Shown: positions 58,750 to 64,000 of the stretch, piece after piece
Numbering within the stretch: position 1 is the first letter of the stretch
How the letters are laid out: every line of letters starts with the position of its first letter
Source of the DNA: Lama glama
Lineage: Eukaryota
Length of the DNA: 64,000 bases
Direction: 5' to 3'
NCBI GenBank assembly: GCA_028534125.1
Contig: CM052824.1
Coordinates: forward strand, 45,632,001 to 45,696,000
Position numbers and translations under genes: made by a program
Notes under the pieces: generated by a model
The model's input: only the letters and a program-made list of their open reading frames with translations
Told to the model about the DNA's origin: nothing
Database searches by the model: none

Positions 58750-59960
58750 ACAGTAAGCATTCATGAGGATAATGGAACTAGAACTCTCATACACAGCTGG
58801 TGGTACTACTGGTTTATCCATTTTGGAAAACTGGTAGCATTTAACTAAAGCTCAACATACAGAAGAACCCAGCAATTCAAATCATGGGTAGATCTCAACA
58901 CAGATGACTGCTTGTTTCCACCAAAAGCATGTACCAAGGTGTTCATTAACCTCNNNNNNNNNNNNNNNNNNNNNNNNNNNNNNNNNNNNNNNNNNNNNNN
59001 NNNNNNNNNNNNNNNNNNNNNNNNNNNNNNNNNNNNNNNNNNNNNNNNNNNNNNNNNNNNNNNNNNNNNNNNNNNNNNNNNNNNNNNNNNNNNNNNNNNN
59101 NNNNNNNNNNNNNNNNNNNNNNNNNNNNNNNNNNNNNNNNNNNNNNNNNNNNNNNNNNNNNNCAAATGTCCATTGATGGTTGAATGGATAAATAAAATAT
59201 GGTATGCCCTTGCAATGGAATATTATTTGGCAATACAAAGGAATGAATTACTGACACCTGCTACATTGTGGATGAACCTTGAAACATTATGCTCAGTGAA
59301 AGAAGTCAGTCACAAAAGGTCAGTATTGTATGATTCCTTTTATATGAAATGTTCAGAACAGACAAATCTATAAAGGGATGCAAAGTAGATCAGTGGAGGC
59401 CTAGGGCTGGTAGGGGAGGGAGTGTTGGGGAGAAATGAGGAGTGACAGCTGATGAGTATAGGGTTTCTTTGGGGGATGATGAAAATGTTTTAAAATTGAT
59501 TGTGGTGATGATTGCAAATATAATCAAAGTTACTAAATTTTAAACAAATAAAAAGCATTTGTAGCAGATTTACTCATAATTACCAAATATGGGAAGCAAA
59601 AACGTCCAGCAACAGTAGAATGGGTAAACTTGAAAAAGAATGAACCCTTCATGATATAATTATTAGTGAAAAAAGTAAACCCTAAAAATACATACAGTAT
59701 GATATGAAAATTTAAAGCAGACAAAGAGACTCTGAGGTGACAGAAGTCAGAATAGTCGTGGCCCTTAGGGACTACTGACCAGGAAGGGTCGGAGGGAACC
59801 TCTGGGGATAACAGAAATGCTATCTTGATCTGTGGTGTGGTTACAGGGGTGTATCCACATGTAAAATTCACTGGACTGGGCACTTCAAATTTGTGCATTG
59901 TATTGTATGTAAGTTATAAGTTACATCTTAACTTTTAAAAAGTAATTAAAAAGGAAAAAA
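58750..59960 (+). mobile_element. Ancient L1 3' fragments (L1MB-like segment about 59163-59545 flanked by L1ME-like sequence), spanning a gap
   Basis: CAAATGTCCATTGATGGTTGAATGGATAAATAAAATATGG...GGGTTTCTTTGGGGGATGATGAAAATGTT, then a second L1 3' UTR ending in an A-rich tail. Confidence 0.85.
58954..59162. other. Assembly gap (209 N)
   Basis: Run of N. Confidence 1.
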
Positions 59961-61774
59961 AGATAGAGGCTCAAGTTAAAGGAGCAGGGTTCAAGCCCTG
60001 GCTATCAGACCTCCCCAAGTCCCTGTTCCTCTCGTGCCTCTTTCCCCATCCTTAGACAATGGACCAGATGGTATCAAAGAACCCAGCTGGCACGGACAGT
60101 CTCAGATTCTGCGAATTCACATACCTATTTGTCACTGAGTTTTTTGGGAAATTTGGCAAGTGCTTGCCATCAATGTGGCATGAAGAAAAGAAGGCTGGCT
60201 GTCTGCTGTGGGCTCTGTCTTGTTTCCAAGGAAGGAAAGGCCTTTAGGAACTGGGTAGGAACACGTCACCCCCAGGAGGGAATGTCAGTTTCAATATGAA
60301 TCATCCTATGCATCCCCAGCAACTTGCGCTGGGAATAGACATCCTGAATCACTCTTCCCCAACAGGAGCAAGACTTGCTACTAAAATTTCAGATTTTGAG
60401 AGAACTGGTATAGTCCAATAGCCTCTCAGAGGTGAAAAAAAGAAATCAGCCCAGTAACTAACCAAGAATCACAGAGAGGACAGCAAGGGCCCAGGGTGCA
60501 AACCTCTTTGTACTGAAGCCCAGAAGAGGCCCAGAGGAGGTGGCCGGCTCACGTGGCTTCTGGCGCCAGGGCTGGGATGGGGACCCAAGGCTCCAAACCT
60601 CGAGTTTTCTTTTTACAACAACCTGCTGTTGTATTTTCTAGAGAAATAAATAATGTTCTGTGTTGGTGGGAAGCTTTTTAAACAAAAAGAAAAAGAAAAC
60701 AGCCAAGATGCATCTTAATTAGGAACTACTTGGGAAAAAAAATCTTTGTGGGAGGAGGGTGCAGAGCAGCATGCCCTGAATGGTCAGCAGCGTGAGAGCG
60801 TGAAAATCCAGCAGGCTCATTTAGAGGCGAGCGCTCTGCTGTGATAATCACCCAGTGTGACCTGAGGGACGTACTGGTCATCAGAAGGATCATGGTGGAT
60901 GTGTCACTCAAGGCCATGGGGAGGTCACCACAGGGCTGCAGCATCTGACCAGCAACTGCCAGTCCTGCCTGTCCTTCACACATGTGGCGTTAATATTTTC
61001 ATACTATTTCCCTCCTTGTGCTAAAGGCCATTCACCAGTGACTGGTGCTTCTAATCCATTTCCTCTGTGCTTTGACAGCCTCTGGCCTCCGGATGGAGCA
61101 ACCCCGGGCTCCCGAAACATGTGACTGCCGGGAAGGTTTGCTTGCTGCCCTTAAGCCTGACCCATTCTGCTCAAGGAATTGCAACATCACCACTTCTCAG
61201 GCTGATGACAGTTCTTTCTCAAAACAAACTCAAAGCCTGGAATGTGCACCATGGCCTGCCAGAATCAGGGAGCAAACAGCCTAACATCGATTTCCCAAGA
61301 ACTATGGATACTGGGTGTTTTGCTTTTGTTTTTGTTTTCCAGGAAAAAAAAAAAAACCTCCAGAAAACAAAACCTATAAAAGCAGATATGGTATTTTCAG
61401 CCAGGTAAGTCCAAGTGCTCTGTTATCCAATAAAAGAGGAGACAGGAAAGGGACTAGGAAGGGTGTATCTACACTCGGGGAAGAAAAAACTTACCAGAAC
61501 TTACTAGGTGCCAGGCACTGTACTGGGGCTGCCTAACCCTGCCCTCCCCGCTTTCATGTGAGTAAACTAAGGTTCAGAGAACTCTGTGACTTGCCCAATT
61601 TAATTTAGCTGGTAAATGCCAGGGATTTGAACCTGAGCACATTTCCAAAGTCAAAACTGCTGCCACCCAGAAACAAATTCAGAGATCATGGAAACAGTGT
61701 GGAGATCGTGGAAAACTGGGAAGCAGGTGGTTTCCCCAGGCAGCCACACTGCAGAGTAGCTCTCATGTAAGACT

Positions 61775-61775
<1 letters not shown>

Positions 61776-61808
<33 letters not shown>
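61776..61808. repeat. (TG)n microsatellite
   Basis: About 16 uninterrupted GT units. Confidence 0.97.
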
Positions 61809-61809
<1 letters not shown>

Positions 61810-61893
61810 GAGGTGTGTGTAGGAGACTCTGAACATTTTGTGGAAGGCACTGCTAAGTCACACGCCAAAACGAAATTGTAAAAGTGACATCTT

Positions 61894-62025
61894 NNNNNNN
61901 NNNNNNNNNNNNNNNNNNNNNNNNNNNNNNNNNNNNNNNNNNNNNNNNNNNNNNNNNNNNNNNNNNNNNNNNNNNNNNNNNNNNNNNNNNNNNNNNNNNN
62001 NNNNNNNNNNNNNNNNNNNNNNNNN
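61894..62025. other. Assembly gap (132 N)
   Basis: Run of N. Confidence 1.
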
Positions 62026-62489
62026 AACTCACCCAAGGCCGTAAATCAATCCCTTGAAATGGGGATCTGGTTGGGCAGTTCTATCAGGGATTCACCAGGC
62101 AGAGGCAGAATCCAACTTGGGGCTCTTACGGTCACCCTGGGCCAGCTTCTGGCCATGCAAGCACCTCCATCCTCCACCAAGAAAATGCCCGAGATCAGAT
62201 CCACTGACTAAGCTGTACTGCTGCTCTATCAGGGTCAGTTTGTTGATTCCTAATGCACTTTGTGACGGAGGAGATCAAGGCAACTGCAGAGAATGAGAGG
62301 AACTGAGCACAGCAGGACCAGGATAAAGGGTGTAAGGGAAGAGGGGGCAGGCAGACCACAGGGGGCAATTCATTCATTCAACAATATTTACTGAGAGCCT
62401 ACTATGTGCCAGGCACTGGTTTTCCCCTTGGAATATAATTATTCTCACAACTATTTTTATAACAATGTAGTAATAATGGCAGCAGTTTA

Positions 62490-62745
62490 CAGTTAATGAA
62501 TGCATATGGTCAAGTATGTTTAAGCACATGGGCAGGTACTCTGCTGGGTGTTTTACACACATCAGCTTTATCTAGTCCTCACAACTGTTGGGTGAAGTAG
62601 GTATTATCGTCATTGTACAGATGGAGAATCTGAGGTACAGAGAGGTTAAGAAACTCACCCAAGTTCACATGACTAGTAAGTGACAGAGCTGGGATTCAAA
62701 CTCAGACTGGTTTGGTTCTCACATCCATGCTCCACTCAGCTCGTC
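62490..62745 (-). mobile_element. MIR SINE
   Basis: TACAGATGGAGAATCTGAGGTACAGAGAGGTTAAG...AGTAAGTGACAGAGCTGGGATTCAAAC. Confidence 0.82.
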
Positions 62746-63054
62746 ACGCTAACAGTCAATGGCATGTTTTGTAATTAAATATTTGCAGATTATGGGGCAG
62801 GGATAAATATTTTCTTATGGTGGGAGAAAAGTGGGAAATCTGAATCTTTTCATCAGGCCCTGAATACTCAGCTGATGTCTAATAAATAATTCTGCCTATC
62901 GATGGGTGGCTGTAGACCCTGGTCTGTGGTACATGTATTTCTAGGCTTTGAGGGCCGTGGAATAGAAGATGCAACACCGCCAACCCTGAGACTGTCCCTC
63001 TGTCCCCATTCCCTTCTCTGCAGCCATCAGTGTGGTCACTGGGGCACAGGGCAG

Positions 63055-63250
63055 CATGCTGGTTTATAGATTGGGTTTTAGAGTCCAACAGACCTGCGAT
63101 CAAGTCTCTGCTTGATAACTGTGTGACTAAGCAAGTCCTGGAACTCAAAGTCTCAGTTTCCTTACCCACAAAATGGGGATAAGTGGATAATTTACACCTT
63201 CACTGGGCTGTGAGGAGGACACACAGAATGTAGCTACAGTGTCTGGCAGC
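63055..63250 (+). mobile_element. MIR SINE
   Basis: TTAGAGTCCAACAGACCTG...TCTCAGTTTCCTTACCCACAAAATGGGGATAA. Confidence 0.75.
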
Positions 63251-64000
63251 AACAGTGCCCAGTGGGATGCATGCACAGGAAGCAGGTGGGCTCTTGGCTC
63301 TCGAAGCATACACCTCCTGAAAGGCAATTCGCTCTTGCTACAGTTCTGAGAATGTCTAGTTCCTGGTGGTGATCTGTCTGTAGGCCTGTGCTTTGACAAT
63401 CTGGCCTTGCACAGTTTGGCTAATCTCAGAGTGGGTGGTGCAAAGAGCCCTGGGCTGGGACTCAGGATATCAGAGTTCAAGTCCTAGACCTACAATTAAC
63501 AAGAGTGTCACCTCGGGCGAGTCCCTTCCCCTCTCTGATCTTGGTTTCCCCAACTCTAAGATGAGGGAGTTAGACTTGCCATCAAAGGGCCTCTCTGGTG
63601 GCATTCTCCCAAGACTTTGTGCCCGTTACCTACCGATCTCCCCCACTGCCAAGGGAGAATGAAGTTCTTACCATTGCTCTGACTTCTTGGAAGGATTAAT
63701 GCTCATTAAGTGCTTCAAGGCCAGCAGCTGGCACTCAATGCGAGATCTGTCTCACTGCTCTCCTGGAAACCCTCCTGCTGGCAGGGGGCCAATTTATTCC
63801 ACAGTCTTGAACCCTAACCTTCCCCTGACTCTTCCTTGCTTACAATGGAATTGTAAGCTGCTTAAATGAAAGGGTGAGAGGTACACTGCCTAGCAGTGGG
63901 CTGCCCACCCATGATGTCTGCCACAGGTGCTTGAGGACTGAGGAGAGCAGGGCAGGAGGGATCAGGGCTGAGTGAACCCTGGAGCCCTCATGTGGGTCCC

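Noticed and set aside
22954-64000. Search for the upstream MAN1C1 exon (MMQFAW...NELRP...) or a nested gene or processed pseudogene
   Set aside because: Not found by eye on either strand. The exon most likely lies beyond 64000; the three gaps cannot be inspected.

Overview
Mammalian genomic DNA, very probably camelid (alpaca, llama or camel), judged from three tRNA-Ala-derived Vic-1-type SINEs. The whole window lies inside one minus-strand gene, MAN1C1 (Golgi alpha-1,2-mannosidase IC, glycoside hydrolase family 47). Six internal coding exons are present: 22838-22953, 20368-20448, 15789-15883, 9317-9443, 6364-6457 and 1433-1548 (probably exons 3-8, numbered from recall of the human gene). They splice into one uninterrupted frame carrying the GH47 motifs DSLDTL, FEVNIRYIGGLLS, LAEFGSLHLEF and [10 protein letters not shown]. 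The intron at 6458-9316 has a non-canonical GC donor. Positions 22954-64000 are part of one large intron (>41 kb) filled with MIR, L2, L1/HAL1, MaLR LTRs, DNA-transposon relics and SINEs, with three assembly gaps. Repeat subfamily names come from recalled consensus sequences and their boundaries are approximate unless target-site duplications (TSDs) are given. Apart from the exon-containing frames and L1/HAL1 remnants, the six-frame ORFs look like noise. I found no convincing novel biological system. The best leads are modest: the GC-AG intron, small protein differences, strand-biased retroelements, candidate regulatory elements and weak antisense transcript signals.
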